NCBI GenBank assembly: GCA_040758495.1 | Contig: JBFLVL010000009.1 | Span: forward strand, 27,516 to 91,515 | Reading direction: 5' to 3' | Length of the DNA stretch: 64,000 nucleotides | DNA from: Chloroflexota bacterium | Lineage (GTDB): Bacteria; Chloroflexota; Anaerolineae; Anaerolineales; JBFLVL01 | Shown here: positions 56,284 to 64,000 of the stretch, piece after piece | Position numbering within the stretch: position 1 is the first letter of the stretch | Layout: each line of letters begins with the position of its first letter | Position numbers and translations under genes: made by a program | The notes under the pieces: model-generated | What the model was told of the DNA's origin: nothing | What the model saw: the letters and a program-made list of their open reading frames with translations, nothing else | Database searches by the model: none

Positions 56284-56550
56284 ATGAAGATGATTGTCGC
56301 CATCCTCGACGACGAAGACGCAGAAGTTGTTATCCAGGCTCTACATGAAGCTGATTTCATCGTTTCTTGCATTGATTCCACCGGAGGCTTCCTCCGCCAG
56401 GGAACCAGCACGCTCATGATTGGCTCAGACGAAACCCGCATAGACCAGGCAATTCAAATTATCAACACACATTGCGCCCCTACCATCGAGCCCATACAGC
56501 GCAAAGCAACAATATTCGTCCTCCATGCAGAACATTTTGAGCAAATGTAA
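56284..56550 (+). CDS. Short stand-alone PII-like DarA/PstA-family protein, copy 2
   Basis: The 88-aa protein begins MKMIVAILDDEDAEVVIQALHEADFIVSCIDSTGGFLRQGTSTLMIGSDE.... Confidence 0.8.
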   Translation: MKMIVAILDDEDAEVVIQALHEADFIVSCIDSTGGFLRQGTSTLMIGSDETRIDQAIQIINTHCAPTIEPIQRKATIFVLHAEHFEQM

Positions 56551-56623
56551 CCAGGGATTACATTAAGAGCGCGTTATGAACCTGACAAAGCGCCAATAAT
56601 TTTTCTAATCCTTCTTACCCCTT

Positions 56624-57631
56624 TTACATCACCGGAGGATTCTGCCACACTGCCATTTCCAAGGTCACACGGGAGAAAAAGCTCTCTGGGGGTAACGCTC
56701 CTTCTCCATATTTCATATCCACAACGCGTGCCACCAGTTGCAGTGCTCTTGTTTCCAATACAATCTGTATCCCGGGTTCGACCAATATCGGTTCGCCTTT
56801 AGCTGATAAGCGTTCCCGGGTAGCTTCATCATTGAACAGATGAGCCGACATACAAACCTTGGTTACTGTTTGAATATCATTCTTATCAAAAAGCCACAAC
56901 TCGAATGCACTCACCTTCTTGGGGTCACCTACTCCAATGGTCTCAGATATCCCCACCCCACATTCGCCCAGGAACTCCCCCGAAGGCGAATCAATAGCAA
57001 ACGAGTTGTCGTACAAATCATCTCCCAACTCATATGTGGTCATAAATTGCGCCAGGGGAGGTTCCTGTGAGACCTCTTCCTCAGATAAAAACGACTCGGC
57101 CATATCTAATGAAGGCTCTCTCCCTGGAGAAACCACCTGAGTAGGGCGAGCCCCACCTTTTCGCTTGCGTAAATAGAAAATACCCAACAAAGCAGCAGCA
57201 AACAATAAGGTTATCCCACACATCCAGGGTAACCATACTTTTGGACTGGCTACACCCTCTACTGCCTCTTCGGTTGGTATCTCCCCCACCAGCAGAGCAC
57301 CAGTAACCATAGACTTAAAGGCAGCAATTGCAGCCTCACTCTGCAATCCCGGATTCTCCTCAACCTTCGCCAACAATAGTGGAGCCTCTTCCCCTAAATC
57401 ATTCCACCGCCTCTTAGCAACCTCTAAATCCATATTCGTGGAAAACGAGTCGATCGCCATGCGCAAGTAGTCTTCTTTTAAATCTTCTCGTAGATGGGCT
57501 GGCGCTGCATCCATCCATTGTACAGGCATCAGCCACCACCCAAGCACAACCAGGCCAATCACCACCCCAATCGCAAACCCCATCCCGAGTGCAATCCAAG
57601 GATTTTTCAAGTACTCACGAATCTTGTCCAT
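56624..57631 (-). CDS. Hypothetical bitopic membrane protein (2 TM segments, acidic linker, C-terminal globular domain)
   Basis: The 335-aa ORF has TM segments at about aa 12-35 and aa 150-170. I recognised no family motif. Confidence 0.6.
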   Translation of the reverse strand: MDKIREYLKNPWIALGMGFAIGVVIGLVVLGWWLMPVQWMDAAPAHLREDLKEDYLRMAIDSFSTNMDLEVAKRRWNDLGEEAPLLLAKVEENPGLQSEAAIAAFKSMVTGALLVGEIPTEEAVEGVASPKVWLPWMCGITLLFAAALLGIFYLRKRKGGARPTQVVSPGREPSLDMAESFLSEEEVSQEPPLAQFMTTYELGDDLYDNSFAIDSPSGEFLGECGVGISETIGVGDPKKVSAFELWLFDKNDIQTVTKVCMSAHLFNDEATRERLSAKGEPILVEPGIQIVLETRALQLVARVVDMKYGEGALPPESFFSRVTLEMAVWQNPPVM

Positions 57632-57787
57632 TTTTCCTCTCCTTCACATTGGCGACGGGTAATTTACAGATAACAGCTACACCAAGGGGGTAAAAATACC
57701 CTGAAGTAAAACACCGAAGGTATGTTGCCATATTTTAGACTACCCTAAAGAAAATCGCAATCTGCTAACTTGCAAGTTTCATGCCTG

Positions 57788-60148
57788 TCACGTTTCACTA
57801 ACTTCCGACACCTCTTCTTTTAATGAATACTCTGTCTCACATACCAGACATTGGGAGGTGCGCTTATTCTTCACCACCAACAGACCACCACAATCTGGGC
57901 AGGAGGTAGGCAATGGTCGGTTCCAGGTAGAGAAGTCACATTCAGGGTATTTCGCACATCCATAAAAAATGCGCCCTTTGCGCGTCTTGCGGACAACCAG
58001 CTCGCCTCCATCCTGGGGACATTGCACCCCTATTTTCTCCAGCCAGGCTTCGGTATATCTACAATCTGGAAAACTGCTGCAACTGACAAACTTACCATAT
58101 CGCCCCCAGCGGATGACCAGATCGTGGTTACATTTCGGGCACTCTCGACCAATTTTCTCCAGTTCGGCTTTCTCCACGGGGATAAGCTGTTCCGCCCGAG
58201 ATACTCGCTTTGAAAAGGGAGCATAAAACGTCTCTACAACCGTTACCCACTCACGATCTCCAGAAGCTATACGATCCAGGTCCTCTTCCATTTTGGCTGT
58301 AAAACCAACGTCCATGACATCCGAAAAGTACTCCACCAACATGTTGTTGACGCGTACACCGATCTCTGTGGGGCATAATTGTTTACCTTCCCGGATGACA
58401 TAACCTCGTTTGCGCAAGGTACTTAAAATGGGTGCATAGGTTGATGGTCTACCAATGCCGTTTTCCTCCAGAGCGCGCACCAGCGTAGCTTCACTATACC
58501 TTGGAGGTGGTTTGGTAAAGTGTTGTTCTGGAAACAAGTCAATCAACTTCTGCCTTTGATCTTCCCGAATATCAGGCGGGATTTCAGCCTGCTCTTCCTC
58601 CTCGGGCTGATCCTCGTCCTTGATATCCTCATACACCGACAAGAAACCCGGAAATTGCAACCGTGATCCAGACACCCGGAGCAGGTACTCATGCGCTTCT
58701 GTCTTACCAACTATGTCCACCGAGATCGTTTCATACACTGCCGGGTTCATCTGAGAAGCCACGAACCGCTTCCAGATCAACTGATAAAGGCGATGCTGAT
58801 CCCGGCTGAGAAATGGCTTAATCTCCTCAGGGAGGCGTAAAACAGAAGTTGGACGAATGGCTTCATGGGCTTCCTGAGCACTACGTGCTCGTGTACGGTA
58901 TATTGGCGCAGCCTCCGGAAGATAATCCTTTCCAAAAGCTTGAAGAATATACGTACGCGCTTCCTCCTGTGCCTGCTGGGAAACACTGTAAGAATCCGTA
59001 CGCATATAAGTTATCAGACCAGTAGACCCACTATCGCCAATGTCTATACCCTCATAGAGCTGTTGGGCTATTGCCATGGTACGACCAGCCGTAAAACCCA
59101 ACCGACGAGAGGCTTCCTGCTGCAAGGTGCTGGTGGCAAATGGAGCGGATGGCTTACGACGTCTTTGACCTCGTTTGATCTTCGTAAGTATGTATTCCCC
59201 CTTATGCATATCTTCCAGGATGGGTTGAACCTGAGCCTCGTTGGGTAACTCTGGCTTTTCACCATCTACCTGGGCAAGTTTTGCACGATAAGTTGTATTT
59301 CCTCCTTCAGGTAGGAACTCCGCCTCTATCGTCCAGTATTCCTGGGGCACGAAGGCTTCAATCTCGCTTTCTCGTTCGACAATCAAGCGCAAGGCCACTG
59401 ACTGCACTCTGCCAGCCGACAAGCGACCCCGGATCTTGCGCCACAGCAAAGGGCTGAGACTATACCCCACCAAGCGATCCAATACCCGACGGGCTTGTTG
59501 TGCATCTACCAGATCCGAGTTAATTTCTCGGGGGTGATTGAAAGCTTCAGCGATGGCTGGTTTTGTTATCTCGTGAAACACAACACGGCGCGCCTGCTCG
59601 GCCTCCATATCGGTCACCTCTTTCAGGTGCCAGGCGATGGCCTCCCCTTCTCTATCCGGATCAGTCGCCAGGTATACCTCTTCAGCCGTTTCTACAGCCG
59701 ACTTAATCTCTTTGACCACCTCGCGTTTTTCATTGGGCACGCGGTACTGAGGTTTGAATCCGTTCTCCACATCCACCGATAACTTCGAGCGCAATAAATC
59801 ACGTACATGCCCCAGAGAAGCCTTTACCTGATATTCCTTGCCCAGGAAGCGACCGACTGTGCGTGCCTTTGCCGGGGATTCAACAATCACCAGCTTCCCT
59901 TTTCTCATTTGAGATTTTTTATTTTTTCGTTCTTCTGGGGTCGGAGGCACAAGACCTTCGTGGTCAGAGGTATATCCCATACGAAACACATTGGTTCCAC
60001 AAACTGAGCACACGCCTCGCGTACCAGGTGTGCCCCTATCCGTAAACACCGCTTCAGGGTTTTGCATTTCCCGTTTCTCTCTACATTTCACACAATAAGC
60101 TTCCAAAATTGACTCCTTATCATTGGCATAAACCATCAATAACTTCAC
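57788..60148 (-). CDS. topA: DNA topoisomerase I with an extra N-terminal zinc ribbon and three C-terminal zinc ribbons
   Basis: The TOPRIM region carries KLVIVESPAKA and ATDPDREGEAIAWH, and the active-site Tyr is in ITYMRTDS. The C-terminus has CPKC..C..C, CPQDGG..C..C and CPDCGG..C..C. The N-terminal extension is CVKC...CSVC. Confidence 0.95.
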   Translation of the reverse strand: MKLLMVYANDKESILEAYCVKCREKREMQNPEAVFTDRGTPGTRGVCSVCGTNVFRMGYTSDHEGLVPPTPEERKNKKSQMRKGKLVIVESPAKARTVGRFLGKEYQVKASLGHVRDLLRSKLSVDVENGFKPQYRVPNEKREVVKEIKSAVETAEEVYLATDPDREGEAIAWHLKEVTDMEAEQARRVVFHEITKPAIAEAFNHPREINSDLVDAQQARRVLDRLVGYSLSPLLWRKIRGRLSAGRVQSVALRLIVERESEIEAFVPQEYWTIEAEFLPEGGNTTYRAKLAQVDGEKPELPNEAQVQPILEDMHKGEYILTKIKRGQRRRKPSAPFATSTLQQEASRRLGFTAGRTMAIAQQLYEGIDIGDSGSTGLITYMRTDSYSVSQQAQEEARTYILQAFGKDYLPEAAPIYRTRARSAQEAHEAIRPTSVLRLPEEIKPFLSRDQHRLYQLIWKRFVASQMNPAVYETISVDIVGKTEAHEYLLRVSGSRLQFPGFLSVYEDIKDEDQPEEEEQAEIPPDIREDQRQKLIDLFPEQHFTKPPPRYSEATLVRALEENGIGRPSTYAPILSTLRKRGYVIREGKQLCPTEIGVRVNNMLVEYFSDVMDVGFTAKMEEDLDRIASGDREWVTVVETFYAPFSKRVSRAEQLIPVEKAELEKIGRECPKCNHDLVIRWGRYGKFVSCSSFPDCRYTEAWLEKIGVQCPQDGGELVVRKTRKGRIFYGCAKYPECDFSTWNRPLPTSCPDCGGLLVVKNKRTSQCLVCETEYSLKEEVSEVSET

Positions 60149-60172
60149 TCATAAAATCAAACCAACAGCCTT

Positions 60173-61282
60173 TTAAATGTAACCCCCATGGTTAATGTGT
60201 AAATCTTTGACTACCTGTCGGATTTTCTGGGCTTGCCCTTTATCACACACCAACAATACATCGCCTGTGTCAACGACGATAACATCGTTTATCCCGATAG
60301 TCACGATCAACCTATCCACATCGCTCGAATATACCAGAGAATTGTTCGTTTCCATAGCGATGTGGGAACCCCCTAAGAGCAGATTACCATGTTCATCAAC
60401 AGGCAGGACATTGAAGAGCGAATCCCAACTTCCAACATCGTGCCATCCCAAATCAGAAGCCGGGACAACCGCTACCTTTTGAGCCCCTTCCATCACCCCA
60501 TAATCAATGGTCTGCTCCTCCAAACCAGACCATACCTCCTCTATCACTTTGGTCTGTCCGGAGGTGCCCCAAGAGGCAGCAATCCGCTGTAAACCAACGG
60601 CTAAACCAGGCATCTGTTGGGTTATTTCCTCAAGGACGCGAGAAGCCTTCCAGATGAACATGCCAGAATTCCAAAGGTGGTCTCCCGCCTGGAGCATGAT
60701 GACTGCCCGGGACGCATCTGGTTTCTCTTTAAACCGTAGCACGCGAAATGCCGGATTGTCCCTGTACACCCCAATCTGATTTCCCTTTTGAATGTAACCA
60801 TATCCTGTAGCCGGATAGGTGGGCGTTATCCCTAAGGTCACCAAATAATCTTCCAGCGCAACTTCATATGCAGTGTACAAGATTTCAAGAAAGCTATCTT
60901 CTCTATGAATGATGTGGTCTGCAGGCAACACAGCCATTACCGCCTGAGGGTCAAGCCGGCTCATGGCAACTGCAGCCAATCCGACAACCGAGGCAGTGCC
61001 CTTGGGCCCGGGTTCAATCAAGTAATTTTGGCTGGGGATATGTGGACAATCCCTTTGCAAGGCGGCAACCTGGTTCTCCACTGAGACCACGAATACTTGC
61101 TCGGGAGCAAACAATCCTTCCAAGCGATCCACGGTTGTCTGAAATAACGTGCGGTTGTCAATCAACCGAAGCAACTGTTTTGGACAAGATTGGCGGGAGA
61201 GGGGCCATAAACGAGTCCCGCCTCCCCCCGCCATGATTACTGCGTAATAATGTTCACTCATCTTCTTCCACACTGTATTCAT
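60173..61282 (-). CDS. manC: Mannose-1-phosphate guanylyltransferase (nucleotidyltransferase, no PMI domain)
   Basis: The 369-aa ORF has the N-terminal AVIMAGGGGTRLWPLSR. The start is uncertain: either 61282 or ATG 61261. Either start overlaps the 3' end of dprA. Confidence 0.8.
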   Translation of the reverse strand: MNTVWKKMSEHYYAVIMAGGGGTRLWPLSRQSCPKQLLRLIDNRTLFQTTVDRLEGLFAPEQVFVVSVENQVAALQRDCPHIPSQNYLIEPGPKGTASVVGLAAVAMSRLDPQAVMAVLPADHIIHREDSFLEILYTAYEVALEDYLVTLGITPTYPATGYGYIQKGNQIGVYRDNPAFRVLRFKEKPDASRAVIMLQAGDHLWNSGMFIWKASRVLEEITQQMPGLAVGLQRIAASWGTSGQTKVIEEVWSGLEEQTIDYGVMEGAQKVAVVPASDLGWHDVGSWDSLFNVLPVDEHGNLLLGGSHIAMETNNSLVYSSDVDRLIVTIGINDVIVVDTGDVLLVCDKGQAQKIRQVVKDLHINHGGYI

Positions 61283-62375
61283 CCCTTCGTTCCATGACAG
61301 CCATATAGTTCATCCCTCCGAGTGAACGTACCATACCCTTTAGCTCCATCAACGCTAAGGTTGAAGAAACTTCCTCAACCATCCAACCTGTCCGTTCGCA
61401 AAGCTCGTCCACATGGTAGGGTTCGTTACGTAACAGTTCCATCAATTGGGCCTCTTTTGCGTCCGCGGGTAGTAAGGTACGGGCTTCCATAAAAGCTGGT
61501 AATTGGGTCAGGTTTAGAACATCCAAGACATCTTGCGGATCAAGCAAAGGCCGGGCTCCCTGTTGTATCAGGTGATTGGTTCCCTTGCTTTGTGGTGCAA
61601 TGATATTACCGGGGACAGCAAAGACTTCACGCCCTTGTTCAGCAGCAAAACTGGCCGTAATCAGGGCTCCACTCTTCTTGCCAGCCTCAACCACAATGAC
61701 TGCCTTTGACAATCCAGAAATAATCCGGTTGCGTGGTGGAAAATTTGAACTTTCAGGAGGGGTGCCAGGAGGGTAATCACTGATCAGAGCTCCACACTCG
61801 ATGATGCGCTGGGCTAAACGCCGGTGTTCCGGCGGATAGATGATATCCACACCATTTCCAAGCACTGCTATCGTTCTTCCACCAACCTGTAATGCCGCTT
61901 CGTGAGCCACAGAATCAATCCCGCGCGCTAATCCACTAATTATGGTGACGCCGCGACTGGCGAGATAAGAGGCGACATCCGTAGCCACCTGACGGCCGTA
62001 ACCCGTCATCCGCCTGGTGCCAACCATTGCCACCGCCCAGTCATCGTCGGGAAGCAATTCTCCGCGAATGTACAACACTGGTGGAGAATAATCCAGGTCC
62101 TTCAGCCTTCGTGGATAATTTTCATCTATCCAGGTTATCACTCCTACATTTTTTGCCTCGATGGAAGCCCAAATCTGCTCGAGGTCAATCTCCTCACGCA
62201 CCTGCACCATCTGTTCAAAAATCTGTGTACCTAACCCTGCCTCGCGCAGGTCGGACACGGAAGCCTTCCACGCGGTTTCGGCATCCCCAAAAACATCCAG
62301 CAGGGCGCGCAAGCGTGCGGGTCCAATCCCTTTCACCAGATTGAATCCAACCCAATACTTTCTAGAATCGTTCAT
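61254..62375 (-). CDS. dprA: DNA processing protein DprA
   Basis: The ORF carries ...GLARGIDSVAHEAAL..., ...FPPRNRIISGLS... and a C-terminal winged-helix tail. ATG 62375 has a GGGGA SD and is preferred over the track's TTG at 62387. Confidence 0.9.
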   Translation of the reverse strand: MNDSRKYWVGFNLVKGIGPARLRALLDVFGDAETAWKASVSDLREAGLGTQIFEQMVQVREEIDLEQIWASIEAKNVGVITWIDENYPRRLKDLDYSPPVLYIRGELLPDDDWAVAMVGTRRMTGYGRQVATDVASYLASRGVTIISGLARGIDSVAHEAALQVGGRTIAVLGNGVDIIYPPEHRRLAQRIIECGALISDYPPGTPPESSNFPPRNRIISGLSKAVIVVEAGKKSGALITASFAAEQGREVFAVPGNIIAPQSKGTNHLIQQGARPLLDPQDVLDVLNLTQLPAFMEARTLLPADAKEAQLMELLRNEPYHVDELCERTGWMVEEVSSTLALMELKGMVRSLGGMNYMAVMERRDEYSVEEDE

Positions 62376-62493
62376 AACTATCCCCAACTCAGGCTACACC
62401 CAACGGAACATGGCCTCACATGTTTTCTTCATGTCAAATTACCGGTCAAGGAGATTTGGAAAATTTTTACAAGACACGCGCTACTGAAAACCT

Positions 62494-63057
62494 CTACTCC
62501 GGTAATATACCAGGAAGAATGTGCACACGCATGATGCCATTTTCTATATCTACATCCAATATTACAGAGTCAATCGCCGGTAATAACACCTCTGAACCAT
62601 TATCTCGCTTAACCACATATACATCATTAGCACCAGTCACCATAATCTCATCCAGAATGCCCAGAGTTTTATTATCATCGGTAATAACTTCTATCCCCAG
62701 CAATTCGTGGTGATAATATTCTCCTTCGGGTAGAGAGGGACGATCATCACTACGAACATACAAAAATTCATTAACCAACTCCCGAGCCATCTCCGGATTT
62801 GAGAATCCCTCGAAACGTAAAATAAGCAATTTGGTGTGCCATCGAACAGTTTTTATACCTAAGGGGCGATAATCCTCACCAAGATACACCACAGTTCCTG
62901 GTGTCAATCGTTCTGGAAAATCGGTCAGCACCCTAACCTGCAGCTCTCCTCTCACACCATGAGGCCTGAGCACCTTACCAACTGCCAAGAATACAGGCCC
63001 GCCAGTCGGCGAGCCTGATGGCTTTCTTTTTCCGCGAGGAGGGTGCTGAGTTCTCAC
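62494..63057 (-). CDS. rimM: 16S rRNA processing protein RimM
   Basis: The 187-aa ORF carries LAVGKVLRPHGVRGELQVRVLTDFPERL and a PRC-barrel C-terminus. Confidence 0.9.
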   Translation of the reverse strand: MRTQHPPRGKRKPSGSPTGGPVFLAVGKVLRPHGVRGELQVRVLTDFPERLTPGTVVYLGEDYRPLGIKTVRWHTKLLILRFEGFSNPEMARELVNEFLYVRSDDRPSLPEGEYYHHELLGIEVITDDNKTLGILDEIMVTGANDVYVVKRDNGSEVLLPAIDSVILDVDIENGIMRVHILPGILPE

Positions 63058-63290
63058 CTCGGTTCAACAATTTCCAGATAAGCACGTTTTCCCAGACGCA
63101 CAGCAGCTACCTGTAACAGGGTGCGCATTGCCTCCGCAACGCGACCGCCTCTACCAATCACCCTGCCCATATCTTCTTTCGCTACTCGCAGGTCTATATT
63201 TATCCCATTCCGCCCTGGATACTCAGTTACCTGTACTTGTGTTGGGTCTTCCACCAACGAACAGGCGATGTACTCGATTAATTCTTTCAT
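63054..63290 (-). CDS. KH-domain RNA-binding protein (YlqC/UPF0109 family)
   Basis: The protein reads MKELIEYIACSLVEDP...RVIGRGGRVAEAMRTLL, which contains the GxxG loop. The track's N-terminal extension to 63359 is hydrophobic and is rejected. Confidence 0.85.
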   Translation of the reverse strand: MKELIEYIACSLVEDPTQVQVTEYPGRNGINIDLRVAKEDMGRVIGRGGRVAEAMRTLLQVAAVRLGKRAYLEIVEPR

Positions 63291-63379
63291 TACGGACGTC
63301 CCTTGCTGTTTTAGGGTGGATACAAACAATAACCAAACTACTACCCTGGTGCTAATCACAACCGGGGTAAGAAGATGCT

Positions 63380-63763
63380 CTATTCTTTTTCCTTACCCTT
63401 CTTTTCAGACTGTTGAGGGGATTCTCTGCGAGTTTTGGGATCTACCTCTCTCTCAGCCAGGGCGGTTTCTGCTTCTTGAAGCAACTTTTCTATCGGCTCC
63501 CCTGCTACGAAGCGAGCATACCGATCTAAAGTACCCATGGTGTTAAAGATTTTTTTTACCGTATCACTCGGCTGAGCTCCTTTGCTCAACCAGTCATAGA
63601 CACGGTCTTCTTTTATCTGAATCGTTTCGGGTTCCGTGCGCGGATTGTAGAACCCCAGCACTTCCAAAAATCGCCCGTCCCTAGGACTCTCCCTATCCGC
63701 TGCCACAATGCGGTAACTGGCCTGCTTTTTTGTACCAACTCTGCGTAGTCGAATACGAACCAT
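63380..63763 (-). CDS. rpsP: 30S ribosomal protein S16 with a ~45-aa C-terminal extension
   Basis: The protein begins MVRIRLRRVGTKKQASYRIVAADRESPRDGRFLEVLGFYNP. A GGAG SD is present. Confidence 0.95.
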   Translation of the reverse strand: MVRIRLRRVGTKKQASYRIVAADRESPRDGRFLEVLGFYNPRTEPETIQIKEDRVYDWLSKGAQPSDTVKKIFNTMGTLDRYARFVAGEPIEKLLQEAETALAEREVDPKTRRESPQQSEKKGKEKE

Positions 63764-63845
63764 TAGTGTCTTTCTCCTTCTGTTTCAATGCTTTCTTCGA
63801 AAAAGTTCAATGCCATTTTCGAGATTTTATCTGTCCGGTTATTTT

Positions 63846-64000
63846 CTAACCCAATCTGCTTAATAAGCTGTTCAAACCCGATTTCTGCATGCGCTTGATC
63901 AATTTGCGCATTTCATTATATTCCATAATTAAACGATTGACATCCTGAACCTGGGAACCTGAACCTTTAGCAATTCGCCGTCTTCTACTGGCATTGAGCA
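63846..64000 (-). CDS. ffh: Signal recognition particle protein Ffh, C-terminal end only (5' part lies outside the window)
   Basis: The minus frame reads ...RRRRIAKGSGSQVQDVNRLIMEYNEMRKLIKRMQKSGLNSLLSRLG* with TAG at 63846-63848. The ffh-rpsP-KH-rimM order is the classic arrangement. Confidence 0.85.
   Translation of the reverse strand, partial: LNASRRRRIAKGSGSQVQDVNRLIMEYNEMRKLIKRMQKSGLNSLLSRLG

Noticed and set aside
1-64000. I scanned for CRISPR arrays, IS/transposase or integrase genes, prophage genes, toxin-antitoxin pairs, restriction-modification or other known defence modules, and rRNA/tRNA genes
   Set aside because: I found no spaced direct-repeat arrays, no recognisable transposase, integrase or phage motifs in any long ORF, and no cloverleaf-like sequence in the intergenic regions inspected by eye. 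A tRNA or ncRNA scanner should still be run, especially on 43749-44552 and 57632-57787.

Overview
The window holds about 50 protein-coding genes at high coding density. From position 1 to about 37.2 kb most genes are on the minus strand, and from there to about 56.5 kb most are on the plus strand. I recognised no rRNA, tRNA, CRISPR array, IS/transposase, integrase or phage genes. The gene families suggest a Chloroflexota (Anaerolineae-like) chromosome; this is inference and I computed nothing to support it. The families behind that guess are YYY-motif and GT-C membrane proteins, mevalonate kinase with isopentenyl-phosphate kinase, DUF11 repeats and an rpoC without rpoB. Housekeeping genes I recognise are gyrA, rpoC, cmk, tlyA, greA, topA, dprA, rimM, rpsP, the 3' end of ffh, panE, cstA and a dgt-like gene. 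Four regions deserve attention. (1) 46.4-50.2 kb is a tight operon with no arsenic-resistance genes. It encodes a thioredoxin-fold protein whose reading frame contains a TGA exactly at the first position of a CxxC-type motif (candidate selenoprotein), two paralogous small proteins I cannot assign, two ArsA/Get3-type ATPase paralogs with complementary motif decay, and a TPR membrane protein. This is my best candidate for an undescribed system. (2) 53.9-56.6 kb encodes a CPA1 Na+/H+ antiporter fused to a PII-like cyclic-di-AMP-receptor (DarA/PstA-like) domain, followed by two short stand-alone paralogs. (3) 18.3-36.3 kb is an 18-kb co-directional operon dominated by five very large polytopic GT-C/YYY membrane proteins plus a GT4, an epimerase, a methyltransferase and a flippase-like protein. 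It is divergent from a UbiA (DPPR-synthase-like)-mvk-ipk operon. (4) Upstream of rpoC, a consensus promoter is followed directly by a terminator/antiterminator-like leader. All functional calls come from motifs read by eye in the supplied translations. No database search was run.
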